Origin: Octopus vulgaris
Lineage: Eukaryota
DNA length: 64,000 nucleotides
Reading direction: 5' to 3'
NCBI GenBank assembly: GCA_951406725.2
Contig: OX597814.1
Span: 81,964,001-82,028,000, forward strand
The position numbers and the translations under genes were made by a program. The notes under the pieces are model-generated. The model was not told the DNA's origin. It did no database searches and saw only the letters and a program-made list of their open reading frames with translations. The first letter of the stretch is position 1; the number at the start of each line of letters is the position of its first letter. Positions 28,690 to 41,633 of this stretch are shown here, piece after piece.

Positions 28690-29621
28690 GAGAAAAACAC
28701 TCAAGATGTTATTTAAATCATTCATATATTATCACCGATATATGTTTCGATAAATGCTTTAATATAAATTCGAGAGGATTTATTATAATGCATCTGTCGA
28801 AACATATGTCGGTGATATGGTGATATAAATGACTTAAATAACATCCTGAGCGTTTGTCTCCATTTTAGATTATTCTTATGCTCTCCAAAACACGTCTCGC
28901 TTCTTCGCAGAATTAACTTCCACATAAGTGTGATCACTAATTCTTAGGACGCTTATGTGACATCTGGTTACATTGTAATTGTTGCTCTGGATCTTTCCTA
29001 TAAATTGAATCGTCTGCACAGCTCCAAGTTAGATGAACAGAATGTAAATAAGTAACAAGAATGTACAGGTGTCAATACATTACGGCCGTTTCAAGCGGCT
29101 CCATTTAATTGATTAATGAAAACATTACATCAATTTGAAAGAGACTGCTCTCTTCAGAAGCAAATGACCATATAGATTTCAAACATAATGGATAAACCAT
29201 TTTTAACAAATTTACATTAATGATAGAAACCGAAATAGATACCATTGTTTCTTGATGTTATATCTGTGGCAGAACGAATTTAGAAAATACTGCCATAAAT
29301 GTAACATAAGGAAACAGTGTAAATATTTTGGTTTCTATCATTCATGCAAATTTGTTAAAAATGGTTTATCTTTTATGTTGGAAATCTATATGGTCATCTG
29401 CGTCTGAAGAGGTGAAGCGGCTGACCTCTCCTGTTCGAAGGTTGTAATGGACGCAGGTTCGTGTGTCATATAGTTAGCTAGAGGCGATGGCCTCTTGGAG
29501 CTAATCAGCGACAGCTTTAGTCTTATATTTATGGACTGCCATATTAGTTTGGCGATAACTATTAATATCCAGTAACGCTGCCGTAATCTCCTTTAGAGAG
29601 ATTTAGTAATATTAATATTTC

Positions 29622-29625
<4 letters not shown>
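28684..29625. mobile_element. Penelope-like non-coding insert(s) between (TA)n tracts, with inverted repeats
   Basis: ~90-bp-arm hairpin 28684-28866; second inverted pair 29150-29215 / 29345-29410; hammerhead motif on the minus strand. Confidence 0.6.
29075..29163 (-). ncRNA. Type I hammerhead ribozyme motif (slightly degenerate)
   Basis: tgctt CTGAAGA gagc..long stem II..gctt GAAA CGGCCG TA atgta; palindromic stem III ACGGCCGT. Confidence 0.6.
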
Positions 29626-29692
<67 letters not shown>

Positions 29693-29696
29693 TGCA

Positions 29697-29825
<129 letters not shown>

Positions 29826-30197
29826 CTTGTGTTTGTATGTGCATTTATGTGTATATATACGTAGCTATAGAATGAAAATCTATATGGCACAGTAGGCGCT
29901 TGAGATCAACTTAACTTGTAACATAAATATGTAGACAGATATGTATGCCTATATGATCGTGTGTAATAAATGTCAAAGAATAAACGGCTAGAAAGAATGG
30001 TAAAACAGATAATTAAACGTCTGCACTTTGCTATATTTAATCAAATCTCACAGCAGTTTCCTTTTTAATATGTGGTGTTCCAGAATCATTGGTATGTACC
30101 AAAATTATACTGTTGTCAGTTTACGATGAAGCAATACACATTGCATTGCGGAACACACACACACGCACACACACACTCATACATAACAGTGTATACA

Positions 30198-30267
<70 letters not shown>

Positions 30268-30279
30268 GCTATCTATCTA

Positions 30280-30440
<161 letters not shown>

Positions 30441-30641
30441 ATTCACTTGAAGCAATAAATTTCAGGACTCAATACAAGCTTAGAGCATTCTTTAATACAT
30501 TATAGCTGAAAGGTTCCGATTTCAAGTACTCAGAGTTATTCGTTTCCAGTCATCAGCTGGAAATCTGAGCCTGACATTTTTTCGTCTTTCTTTTTCTTTT
30601 TCTTTTCTTTTTTTTTTGAAATATTCACTGTTTAAATTTAT

Positions 30642-30673
<32 letters not shown>

Positions 30674-30781
30674 TGTATGTATGTATGTATGTATGTATGT
30701 ATGTATGTATGTATGTATGTATGTATGTGTGTGTATGTGTGTATGTGTGCGTGTGTGTGTGTGTTTGTGTGTGTGTGTATA

Positions 30782-31018
30782 CTTTATTAATAAAGCTGCA
30801 AAGACATCACGAAAGCTGTTACTCAGAGTTTCACGTTACCTTCGTCGGACCATTCTGGTTGAGATTCTCAGCCAAAACTGTCCGAAGAATGAGAACGTGA
30901 AACTCTGAGTAACAGTTTTTGTGATGTCTTTGCAGCTTTAGAAATAAAGCATATTACTCTACCTCCAGTATTCAAGTACTTTTTTTTGCACCTTGTTTCA
31001 CATTTATGTGCTTACTCT

Positions 31019-31022
<4 letters not shown>
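30782..31022. mobile_element. Fold-back PLE-type insert between (TG)n and (TA)n
   Basis: Long hairpin 30782-30950 with ~80-bp arms, then AATAAA and a short unique tail. Confidence 0.65.
30874..30919 (+). ncRNA. Minimal type I hammerhead-like motif with variant core (CCGAAGA)
   Basis: aaaactgt CCGAAGA atgagaacgt GAAA CTCTGAG TA acagtttt; perfect 8-bp stem I. Confidence 0.55.
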
Positions 31023-31073
<51 letters not shown>

Positions 31074-32299
31074 CGTGATCACGTGATCAGATATATTTAT
31101 ACATCGCTGGCTACAATGCGTTTTGCATTATTTTTGCCTTCAAGTGACGCCACCCTACTGGCTAGTTGAGTGGGCCAACATTCCATCTCGAAAGGGGAAC
31201 TGGAGCAATGTGAAACTAAGTGTTTTGTTCAAGAACACAACACGCCGCCCAGTCAGTACTAATGCTGTAGTGGTACTTATTTTAATGACCCCTTAAGAAT
31301 AAATGGCAAAGTCGATCTCAGGAGAATTTGAACTCAGAATATAAAGACGCAGAAAATGCCGCTACGTATTAGGTCCAGTGTGCTAACGGTTCTGCCAGAT
31401 CGCCTCCTTGCTCTATTACAAGTATCGAACATTTGTTGCTCTCATTTTCAGGTCCAAATGCGCATCTCTGTCTGTCTGTCTGTCTCTTTGCCTGTCTCTC
31501 TCGCACGCACTCACATACGCAGGCGCGCACGCACACGTGCACACATGCGCGCACACACACACATACAGGAGTAGTAACAGTAATATTGGTGAGTTGGGGG
31601 ACGTTCTACGCTCTTCATTGCATCCCATTGAATATAACTGATCTGATATAGTCAGAGTTTGGTTTGAAACGTCGGTATGAAATTTATCCGGATGATGTCT
31701 CACATACGCACAGTAGACACATGCAATATTTATACGCACGCATAAACACACACCGCACACACAAACATACACGCACACATGAACGCATGCGTGCGCACAC
31801 ACTCACACTAACAAACGCGCAAATACACAAACACGAACACACATACACTCACTAACACATGGTCATAGGCACACGCATGAAAGCACATGCACACACACAC
31901 ACACACTCACACACATAAACACGCACAAACACGCACACACACGCGAACACACTAACGCACATACTCACACATACAGAGCGATAGGTAACACAAGCATACG
32001 CATGGACTCACATACACACACATACGCACACGCGCACACACACACACACAGATAATTAAACAAAGATACACACATGTGCGAACCCACATACTCACACATA
32101 GTCATAAGCAACACATAAGCACAATCATGAGCGCACACGCACACTCACACATGCATAAACACTCATACAATGTTAATATTGGAAGCCGGCGTAGAGTTCA
32201 AATGATCGTTTGCATGTTGAATATATATCGAGCGGAAACAAAACATAGAACGAAAAAACAGACGAGGCGATGTGAAGAATTTGAAACGTTGAAAGTGAT

Positions 32300-33170
32300 A
32301 GGGTAGGGTTCAGGTAATTGTGGGTGTGGTGTAGAGGGAAGTAATTGAGTTAGAGATGGATGGATAAATGGACGGATGGATAGGAGGAAAAAAGGAAGAA
32401 GTTATGGAGGGAAAGGGATTTAAAAATAAAGGGAAAAAATAAAAGAATAAAGGAAAGAGGAGAGAGTTTTAGAAAAGACGGAAGCAAAAGATGAGGAAAA
32501 GATTTGGAGGAAAGAAAGAGAGAAAGAATGAATGAAAATGAGAGAGGAGAAGGGAAGAAAGAAGAAAGTGATTGGGTAGGAAAAAAGGAATGAAAATGAA
32601 AGAGGAGGAGGGAAGAAACAAGAATGAGGGATAGGAAAAGGGTAGTTAGGAAGAACAGAAGAAAAGGGTAGGAATAAAAAAGAAAGACGAAGAAAATGAA
32701 GGGAATTAAGAATGGACAGGAGTATGGTCGAAGATTGGGAGAGAGAGAGAGAGAGAGAGAATAGAGGAAGGATGGATAAATGAATAAATAGATGAAAGAA
32801 ACAAAGGGGTCTTAAGGAGAAGAAGGAAGGAAAAAATGAAAGTATACAAAGGAAAATGAAACGGAAAAGGAATGACTGAGTAAGAAAAGAAGTGAGATAG
32901 AAAACAATGGAGACGAAAAAATAATGAGTAAACGGAAGGAATAAAAGAAGAAAAGCAAAAAGACTAGATGAAGGAAGAAGCTAGGAGAAGAAGGGGAGGA
33001 GACGAAATAAGTAAGAAAAAGAAAGGTGGAAGGAAATAATAAAGATGCAATTAACGAATAAAGAAATTATGGGAAGAAGCTAAGAAAAGAAGGAAGGAAG
33101 TGAAGGAGGAGAAAAATAAATAAATAAAGAAACATGAGGAGAATTGAATGAATGAATGAATGAGAAAAAA
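32300..33170. repeat. Long purine-rich (G/A) low-complexity tract
   Basis: ~870 bp of predominantly A/G on the plus strand. Confidence 0.9.
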
Positions 33171-34369
33171 ATGTATTTCCCTCATTTCTAACCGCAGACT
33201 TTTGTAAATGAAATATCATACATATTAAACAATCTCGACATTCAACAAGTCTAGACCAGCCGAAATTCTTACACTTGCAGTCATTAGTAAAGGATTAGAA
33301 AAAAATTAGCAAGTATTCTAAACAACGAAACCGTGCCAACTTATGTTTCGGTTTGCGAGTTTTGTTTGTTTTACTTAACACACATTGCACCTCGATTACA
33401 CGAAGTGCTCTCGCTGAGAATCATATGATGTATATTTTTTGGCTGTGAGTAAGCGGTGATGATATGTGTGAGGAGAGAAAGAAGAAGAAAATAGAAATAA
33501 TTTGCACACCACTGAACTGAACCTAATAAATGAGAGGCAACAGTAGAAATGATAAAAAAAATAAAGATGTTTTATTTTGTTTTTTGCTTACATATATCCT
33601 CTGTGCTGATAAGTTTCCATTTGACTCTGCGTGTAATTTTCTGTTTATAATCTAGCTTCCGACGCGGTGGCAAAATTGCCCAATGGCTAAAGTGCCGAAC
33701 TAACTTTTCATAAGTATCCATATTCTACTCGTTTCGTTTTCACTTCATTTTATTTTTTCTTCTATTTCGTCTCATTTTACTGGGAACGAAAAATTAAGGG
33801 TAACAATTAAATCTTCACTCACCTGTACACTCTACCCTCTAGCTCACAAATGTTTGGTAACCTCACTGCCTCTTCAGCTATTATTACAGTGGTCTTAGCT
33901 CCAACCGGTGCTGGATGATCTTCTCATCTAATCTCATCTCAAACTCAACTCACTTTTTCTCTTCTCATCACTCATGTTGGGTTCACTTTAGGTTCTACTC
34001 TAACCGCTACGCCCAGACCTTCTTAGCTTGAGTCCCAACACATTGGAATTTCTTCCCTGCCCATATTTTCATTAAAACTGGCAACTTACAATTACTCAAG
34101 GACGAATATTTTCGGTCTCAAAGGAGCACACAGGTCCTAGGTTCAGGTCATTCATCAAGTCCAATCCATTACAAAAAGAATACTAAAAACAAGCAACAAA
34201 AAAAAGACGCAGATTTTACTACTAATTTTTTAAAATATACAAAATAAGACTAATTTTAAAATTAATTTTATTTATTCATCAATTAGCTTTGCATGAGCAT
34301 ATTTCAGCTTCTTCTTAAAACTTTTATTATGATAAGTAATGCTGTAGAGCATGTATGTATGTCTTTTAA

Positions 34370-36604
34370 CTAGCTGAGGTACCCGGTAATTCCCGGAAAA
34401 GCGGGGCTCATCCCTTGGTTCCATTCTCATAATTGTTTCGCTAATTCAATAGCAACAATACAAAGTATGTAGCCCTTAAAACGGTTTTTGTGCATTTACA
34501 GAGAATACCGAACTGTCTTACATAGGATCTTGTTTTTAGGAAATCCCAATAAGCTGAATACCAAAATCGTGAAGCCAGTTACGTAATAAAATGACGTGTA
34601 GTTACCTGATAGTAACAATTCAAACAAAGTAGCCTTGAAAAGGACTTTAATGCGTTCCCAGAGTATATAGAACTTAGGAGGAAATACCAATAAGGTATGT
34701 ATATCAAAATGAGATAATAACAATTCAAAGTAAGTCTGAAAAATTCTTCATGCAGCGCCTGTAATTTGGTTGAAGTGATATGAAAGGCATCGTCATTCAT
34801 GGTATATTGGTGAATAAGTCACTAACCGAAATAAGTGGATCTGTTGTTAGGGAAAACACTATTTACTTGTTTAAGGATTGTTCTGGGTAAAGTGCAAAAA
34901 TAACCCTAATAGTTCAAATACTGTATAAAGCCATGTAATTTGTGCACCTGTTTAATTTACGCAGGTGATTTTCAGGATAAAATTTGTTAAAAAAATGCTT
35001 CTTCTCTTGTAAAATTCGCACCCAAAAGTTTTCAGAATTGCCGATATGGCCATGGAAAAAAGATTTCAATTTAGTTGTATTTAGCATAATCTCACTTATG
35101 AGTACATTTTATTAAATATTCATTAGATAAAAATAATTTAACATGTTTCACATTGAAAGCTATTAAATTACAAAGTGTTTATGTTGTTTATAATAAACTT
35201 TATTAAACAGGTGCACAAATTACAAGTAAGCATTATACCATCCAGCATAAATAAAAGTCAATTTTATGTTTAAGCCGGTACGAATGTTTACGTTTTGTAC
35301 GTCCTTTTTCAACAAATAAAAGTTCTAAAAAAATTCTGGAAACGATCTACTCATGTAATTTACGCACCCCTAAAGATTATCTCCGATCTTTAGCGTACTG
35401 CTGTATGTTTTCTCAAATCACAATCGCAGGAAAAGTTGTTGATAAGAATTATCAACAAAAACAAAGCTGATAAATACGCAGAGGTTTTGCAAATCAAATT
35501 TTATTACCAATAAACATAAACTTGGATAACGCTTTACTCAATCAACAGAGGAAGGTAACCGATCAAACTGATTATGTAAACAGAATTCTGATTTGTCGAA
35601 AGCGTCTTCTTGTCTCAAGTTCTGATTTTCCGCCTATTCTTGTGGGAACCTTTGATACGGAGTATCGAAATTTTAATCCCTTTCACATTTCTAAAATGTC
35701 AAACAAACTTAAAAATTCGTCATTACCGTTATTTTTAGTATGGGCAGAACTTATTAATCATTTACTGCAAAGAAGAAACTGAATATGTTGAATATGCATT
35801 TGAACATGACAATAAAGCTACCGGAATGCTCGAAATTGGCGTAAACAGTACGACAAATTTAAAGTTGTGGTTGTTAATAAACAGACAAAAATAAAATCAT
35901 ACAATCAGGATTATCCATATGATTAGATTTTTTTTTCAGTGAGGAATATCCATATCACTATGTATGTTAATGGTGCTCCATTGCAATAGATAGAAACTGC
36001 AAGCAATGTAAAATATGACCCGGACCCGTCAGACTTCAAATAGTAGTTAACCATGAACGTCAGACTTCAAAAAGTAGTTAAGCATTTAATGGTTTTAGTA
36101 AATTTATACGGAAAAATTAAGCATTATACCATCCAGCATAGTCAACTTCCGGTACGAATATTTACGTTTTGTACGTCGTTTTCAACAAATAAAAGTTCTA
36201 AAAAAATTCTGGAAACTATCTATTCATGTAATTTACGCACCCCTAAAGTCTATTTTTATTTTTGCCGCACACGTATTTATACAACGTAATCACTGGCAAG
36301 CGGTCACTCTAATGATATTGGTTCTCTAATAAATGGAGGGAGAAATGGCCAGTGTGCAAAAGAGAAAAATAAAGAAAAATGAATGGGTTATTTACCCTTG
36401 GCTATTAAAGGAAAATAGATGGATTATATCTGGATCCCTTCTAGGGATTATAGACTTTTATTAAACTGCAGTGAGCCTAGTAACAAACTGGATATTTGTA
36501 TAGCGTGTATAAAAAGTTTCGCGAAGATTCGTTAACGGGTGTAGATGGCAACTTAACACAAGCAAACAGACATCCAAACAGACTGCTGTTTATATATGTA
36601 TAGA
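34370..36604 (-). mobile_element. Degenerate Helitron (~2.2 kb) with possible Pif1-helicase relics
   Basis: Minus-strand 5' TC (tctatacatatataaac) and 3' hairpin plus CTAG; homology to 4622-5160; QLPVR..TNKS..LET..LRTP resembles helicase motif V region. Confidence 0.6.
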
Positions 36605-36883
36605 TTAGAGCGATGGTATCCTGAATAATTCACAGGCAGTCGAACATCTTAGCTCATGATTTGAATGGTTAATATCAATCATTCACGTGGGAAGAAGCAA
36701 AAGAAGCGTTGGGTCTATTGCTTATTTATACATGAGCTTTACGTATGTGTGTGTGTGTCTGTATACATATATACACACAGATAAATGAACAGAAAATATT
36801 AAATTAAGATTATTATTTTAAAACTAAAGTAAAAGTAAGAACGGAATATTTATTGGAAGAGCGACTCAGTAAGTGCAAAGACA

Positions 36884-37012
36884 CATTCATTGTAAATTTC
36901 GTGTTGACTGGATTTTCAAGTTTCGCTTCACGGCTTATTCAACCTGTCAGGTTGAATGAGCCGTCACGCGAAACTTGCTGTTCCAGTGAACATTAACTTT
37001 ACAATAATGAAT
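36884..37012. repeat. Long palindromic fold-back (1-nt centre)
   Basis: ..gtttcgcttcacggcttattcaacctg t caggttgaatgagccgtcacgcgaaac.. with imperfect arms of ~60 bp. Confidence 0.8.
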
Positions 37013-37045
37013 TAAAAGATGAAGCAATGATATACTTGTACATGA

Positions 37046-37092
<47 letters not shown>

Positions 37093-37357
37093 CATCCCCC
37101 CACATATACATATATATATGCATACATATTTATAAACAATACACACACACATTATATATATATATATATATTATATAAAAGGGCTTAGTAAAATAAATTA
37201 CTTTGCCGCATACTGAACTCATTAGAAATAGCAGCTAAAAAACTTTTTAAAACTATTTCTAATACTTAAAGAAAACCTCTCTCATATAGTGTTTGCTCAA
37301 CTCAACTCACGAAAGTTTGGGGGTAAAGACATCAAAAAATCAAATGCAAAGGTTATT

Positions 37358-37409
37358 TGAGAACGTACGTTTCAAGATTAGTCAACACGACACTTCTATC
37401 ATCAGCTCA
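37358..37409 (-). ncRNA. Minimal type I hammerhead ribozyme (copy 1)
   Basis: Exact reverse complement of 37973-38024. Confidence 0.7.
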
Positions 37410-37972
37410 GAAACTCCTTGGTTTGGATTTGAAAACACTGAAAGTGAGAGCATACCCTTTCGGCTTCTCATCGCTTTCGAAGATCTGCTCGTAACTAACA
37501 GTGCCAACAAACTCAAATATGCAAGCGAAGAATTTCTGTTCTCCCCTTTCCACCAGCGTGGGTTAAAATCAGCAAACACTATGCTTATTTCGGTAAAATC
37601 CGAAGCATTAATTAGAGGGAGGTTAATTATAATTTCAACAATTGAGGGTAAAATTAATTAATTATTAATCAATTTCACCAAGTGTTCAGTATGCAAAGGG
37701 ACCATTTAAGGCGAATTCAAATTATTACATTATATAAAAGGGCTTAGTAAAATAAATTACTTTGCCGCATACTTTGCCGCGGATTTTACCGAAATAAGCA
37801 TAGTGTTTGCTGATTTTAACCCACGCTGGTGGAAAGGGGAGAACAGAAATTCTTCGCTTGCATATTTGAGTTTGTTGGCACTGTTAGTTACGAGCAGATC
37901 TTCGAAAGCGATGAGAAGCCGAAAGGGTATGTTCTCACTTTCAGTGTTTTCAAATCCAAACCAAGGAGTTTC

Positions 37973-38024
37973 TGAGCTGATGATAGAAGTGTCGTGTTGA
38001 CTAATCTTGAAACGTACGTTCTCA
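37973..38024 (+). ncRNA. Minimal type I hammerhead ribozyme (copy 2)
   Basis: tgag CTGATGA tagaagtgtcgtgttgactaatctt GAAA CGTACG TT ctca; stem I tgag/ctca, palindromic stem III ACGTACGT, GUU triplet. Confidence 0.7.
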
Positions 38025-38306
38025 AATAACCTTTGCATTTGATTTTTTGATGTCTTTACCCCCAAACTTTCGTGAGTTGAGTTGAGCAAACACTATATGA
38101 GAGAGGTTTTCTTTAAGTATTAGAAATAGTTTTAAAAAAGTTTTTTAGCTGCTATTTCTAATGAGTTCAGTATGCGGCAAAGTAATTTATTTTACTAAGC
38201 CCTTTTATATAATGTAATAATTTGAATTCGCCTTAAATGGTCCCTTTGCATACTGAACACTTGGTGAAATTGATTAATAATTAATTAATTTTACCCTCAA
38301 TTGTTG

Positions 38307-38345
<39 letters not shown>

Positions 38346-38586
38346 AAGTATATACATACATACACAAACATACACACACACACACACACACACAAATATG
38401 CATGTGTATATAATGCGTGTTCGTATGTACATCGACATGTGCCTTTTAACTACTTTTTATTTATGTATATGCGGTATTTATGTATATGCGGAAAATGTAT
38501 ACTTTGTGTTACCGTACTTTTGCGCAAATGTTGATGGGCTTGCGTCTTTGCTTAGAATTTATACGTATGCGCCACCATGTACGTTC

Positions 38587-38620
<34 letters not shown>

Positions 38621-39250
38621 TGTGTGTGTATGTGTGTGTTTGTGTGTGTGTGTCTGTGTCTGTGTGTGTTTGTGTGTGTGAGTGTTGAGTGCGTGTGTGT
38701 GAATTGCTCTCGTGTTATGCGAACTTGGTTTCGACATGTTATGTACATGGGAGGTGCTTTACAAAAATAGCTGATCTTTAAGGAGCTTCTTTGACTTTGT
38801 TGAAAGGAGACACCACAACACTACACTTTCACACCTGGCAGACGATCTATCAATATATGTTTGCCTTATTTATCTAATTGTATTACTTGTTTGTTATCTT
38901 GTAAACATCTACTCCTCTATTTTCAGATTACTTTTACTTTTTGTTTATATTTTATGAATTCCGCCATTTTGTTTTTGTATCTGTTGTTACGGCAGACGGA
39001 AATACATATGTTTGGTCTGGTGTTAATTAGGCATTTCGGTTGGAAAATGAACTTTCTACGACTATTTCGTTCCTTGGTAATTAACGTATATTTTTTCTTC
39101 TTTTCTTTTCTTATTATTTCCTGTCGATATCTAATTCTGTTCTCTATATATGTATCGTGTGTGGGTGTATGATACGCGTATGTATCTTTGGACGCACACG
39201 CACACACTCGCGTGTATATATGTATATACGTGTGTGTGTGTGTGTATGTG

Positions 39251-39303
<53 letters not shown>

Positions 39304-39519
39304 GCACACGTGTGTCTGGTACTTGTAAGTATGTGTTTACGTATGTATTCTTGTGCATGAGTATGTACGCACACACTCACACACACACATACATACATCA
39401 TATATAGTTAGAGAAATGTAGTGAAGCTGTGACAATCATTTGCATCCTAAAGTTAAAATATTCATAACGCTTAAAATCGCGTTACATCTGGTGTGGTGTG
39501 AATGAAGCAGCTTGTGTCT

Positions 39520-39836
39520 CAGTGGCTCTCAACCGGGGTCCATATGACCTCTGAGGGTCCATATAAGATTTTTGACGGTCCATGCAAGCAAAACAGTACA
39601 TGGAGACCCACAGTCGTATATTAAGAATCCATGAAAAAATTTTGCTTTAAATGTATTTATGCCAAGAAACAGCTAGATTTCTTTCTCTAACACTTTACAA
39701 AGTTCAACCTATCCAAGTGAAAAGCAAAACAGAAATTCTATAAAACTAGAGCTTAAACATTGAACTGCCGTGGAAGTCCACCAGAATAAAATAGTAATCA
39801 AAGGGGTCCATAATAAACAATGGTTGAGAACCACTG
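39520..39836. mobile_element. hAT (Charlie-like) MITE
   Basis: TIRs cagtggctctcaacc / ggttgagaaccactg; 8-bp TSD not retained. Confidence 0.75.
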
Positions 39837-40823
39837 CTCTACCTGGTCTCTCGTAATGTTAGAAATAGCAGTAAAATTGCTTTCAAGTCATAGCCTACCT
39901 TTTTAAAAATGACAAGAAGAACCGATATAATAATGTAGTTAAAGTTATGATATGTGAATTAAAGACAAGCTGACAGGAATATCCTTGACCATGCGTCTGC
40001 TCTCTTGGATTTGACCCGAGACTAAACAACAACATCACCAACATGTGATGCGGAACGAAATCAACATTACATCAAGTTATCTACTTTGGAATGATAGTCA
40101 AATCTCCCTTAATTATTCTTGTCTCAAAACCCGAATATTTACAATGCAACGAGGGATCGTCGATACCTGGACGCAAGATTACTCGTTTTTGCCAGCTGAG
40201 TGAACTAGACCAATGGGAAATGAAGTGTTTTGCTCAAGAAAACAATGCGTCGCACGGTCCTGGAAATCGAAACCACAATCTTATGATCGTGAGTTCAACA
40301 CTAATCCACGCGGCTCCACAAACAATAACAACCCTAGAATTTACTAAGAAACCTTTTTTTTTTTAAAATCATTAACTTATAATTACACTCTTTCAAAATT
40401 TATTCCCCAGGGTTATTAAATGAAGTGAAATGCAAACAGCATCGTGTTTAATTGTTTGTTTGTTTACGTCACTATTAAATGCTTAGTGAGACTTTTGCTT
40501 TCCAATTTATAAAATTGCTAAAGCAAGAACAAAAAATCAGCAAGAGAATAATTAGTGTAACAAGCCATGGTTCTGTAGAAACTATTGTGTTAGAGTAGTT
40601 AGAAATCAATATAAATATTGTGATCATGCAATTGTTTAATCTTTTAAGACTTGACTTCATTCTAATTAGTCCTTATAAGAGGTTCCAGACACTGATGGTC
40701 CATAGCCTTCCATAGTATGTACTAATTTACGAGCAGGAACTTCAAATTCCTGCAACCGCCAGACTATTTTACTGCTACCCTACACAGACTAGTACCTTAC
40801 ACAGTATAATATTAATAATCTCA

Positions 40824-41224
40824 AGGCGACGAGCTGGCAGAAACGTTAGCACACCGGGCAAAATGCGTAGCCGTATTTCGTCTGCCGCTACGTTCTGAGT
40901 TCAAATTCCGCCGAGGTCGACTTTGCATTTCATCCTTTCGGGGTCGATTAAATAAATACTAGTTACGCACTGGGGTCGATATAATCTACTTAATTCGTCT
41001 GACTGTCCTTGTTTGTCCTCTCTGTGTGTATCCCCTTGTGAGTAGTAAAGAAATAGGTATTTCGTTTGCCGCTACGTTCTGAGGACAAATTCCGCCGAGG
41101 TCGACTTTGCCTTTCATCCTTTCGGGGTTCATAGATTAAGTACCAGTTGCGTACTAAGGTTGATCTAATCGACTGCCCCCACCTCAAAAATTTTGGGCCT
41201 TGTGCCTAGAGTAGAAAAGAATAT
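40824..41224 (+). mobile_element. Dimeric tRNA-derived SINE
   Basis: Full head and core, tail ending agtaaagaaataggta, then a second headless core and different tail; same structure at 49651-50054 and 52046-52448. Confidence 0.85.
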
Positions 41225-41414
41225 TAATAAGCTCGTGTATTAATACTAATATACAGGAACTTGTATTTCATATCCTTATTTACATAAATTTAATATGTTT
41301 AATCTGGAGTGTGGCCACCTCTCGTTCGAGAATACTCAGCAATACAGAACAGCTTTGGAACCAAAGGTTTCGAAAAAATCGATATTGTGCTTGTATTAAT
41401 ATTTACATATTATA

Positions 41415-41633
41415 AGGTAGCGAGCTGGCAGAATCGTCAGCACACCGGGCAAGATGCTTAGCAGCATTTCGGTCGTCATTTATGTTCTGCGTTCAAATTC
41501 GGCCGTGGTCGACTTTGTCTTTCATCCTCTCAGGGTCGATAAAATAAGTACTTGTTGACCACTGGAGTCGATGTAATAGATTTACCCCCTTCCCTCGAGT
41601 TTGCTGGCCTTGTGCCAAAATTTGAAATCAATA
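41415..41633 (+). mobile_element. tRNA-derived SINE (short family)
   Basis: gagctggcagaatcg..core..gccttgtgccaaaatttgaa. Confidence 0.85.

Larger units (their letters stand above)
37171..38312. mobile_element. Young hammerhead-containing retroelement (retrozyme-like / non-autonomous PLE), partial tandem plus inverted
   Basis: 559-nt period (37171 repeats at 37730); arms 37171-37602 and 37780-38211 are near-identical inverted copies; (TA)n on both flanks. Confidence 0.8.

Noticed and set aside
37293-38089. Mirror-image 122-aa and 110-aa ORFs as a gene pair
   Set aside because: Non-ATG starts, no recognisable domain, produced by the inverted duplication and antisense to the ribozyme
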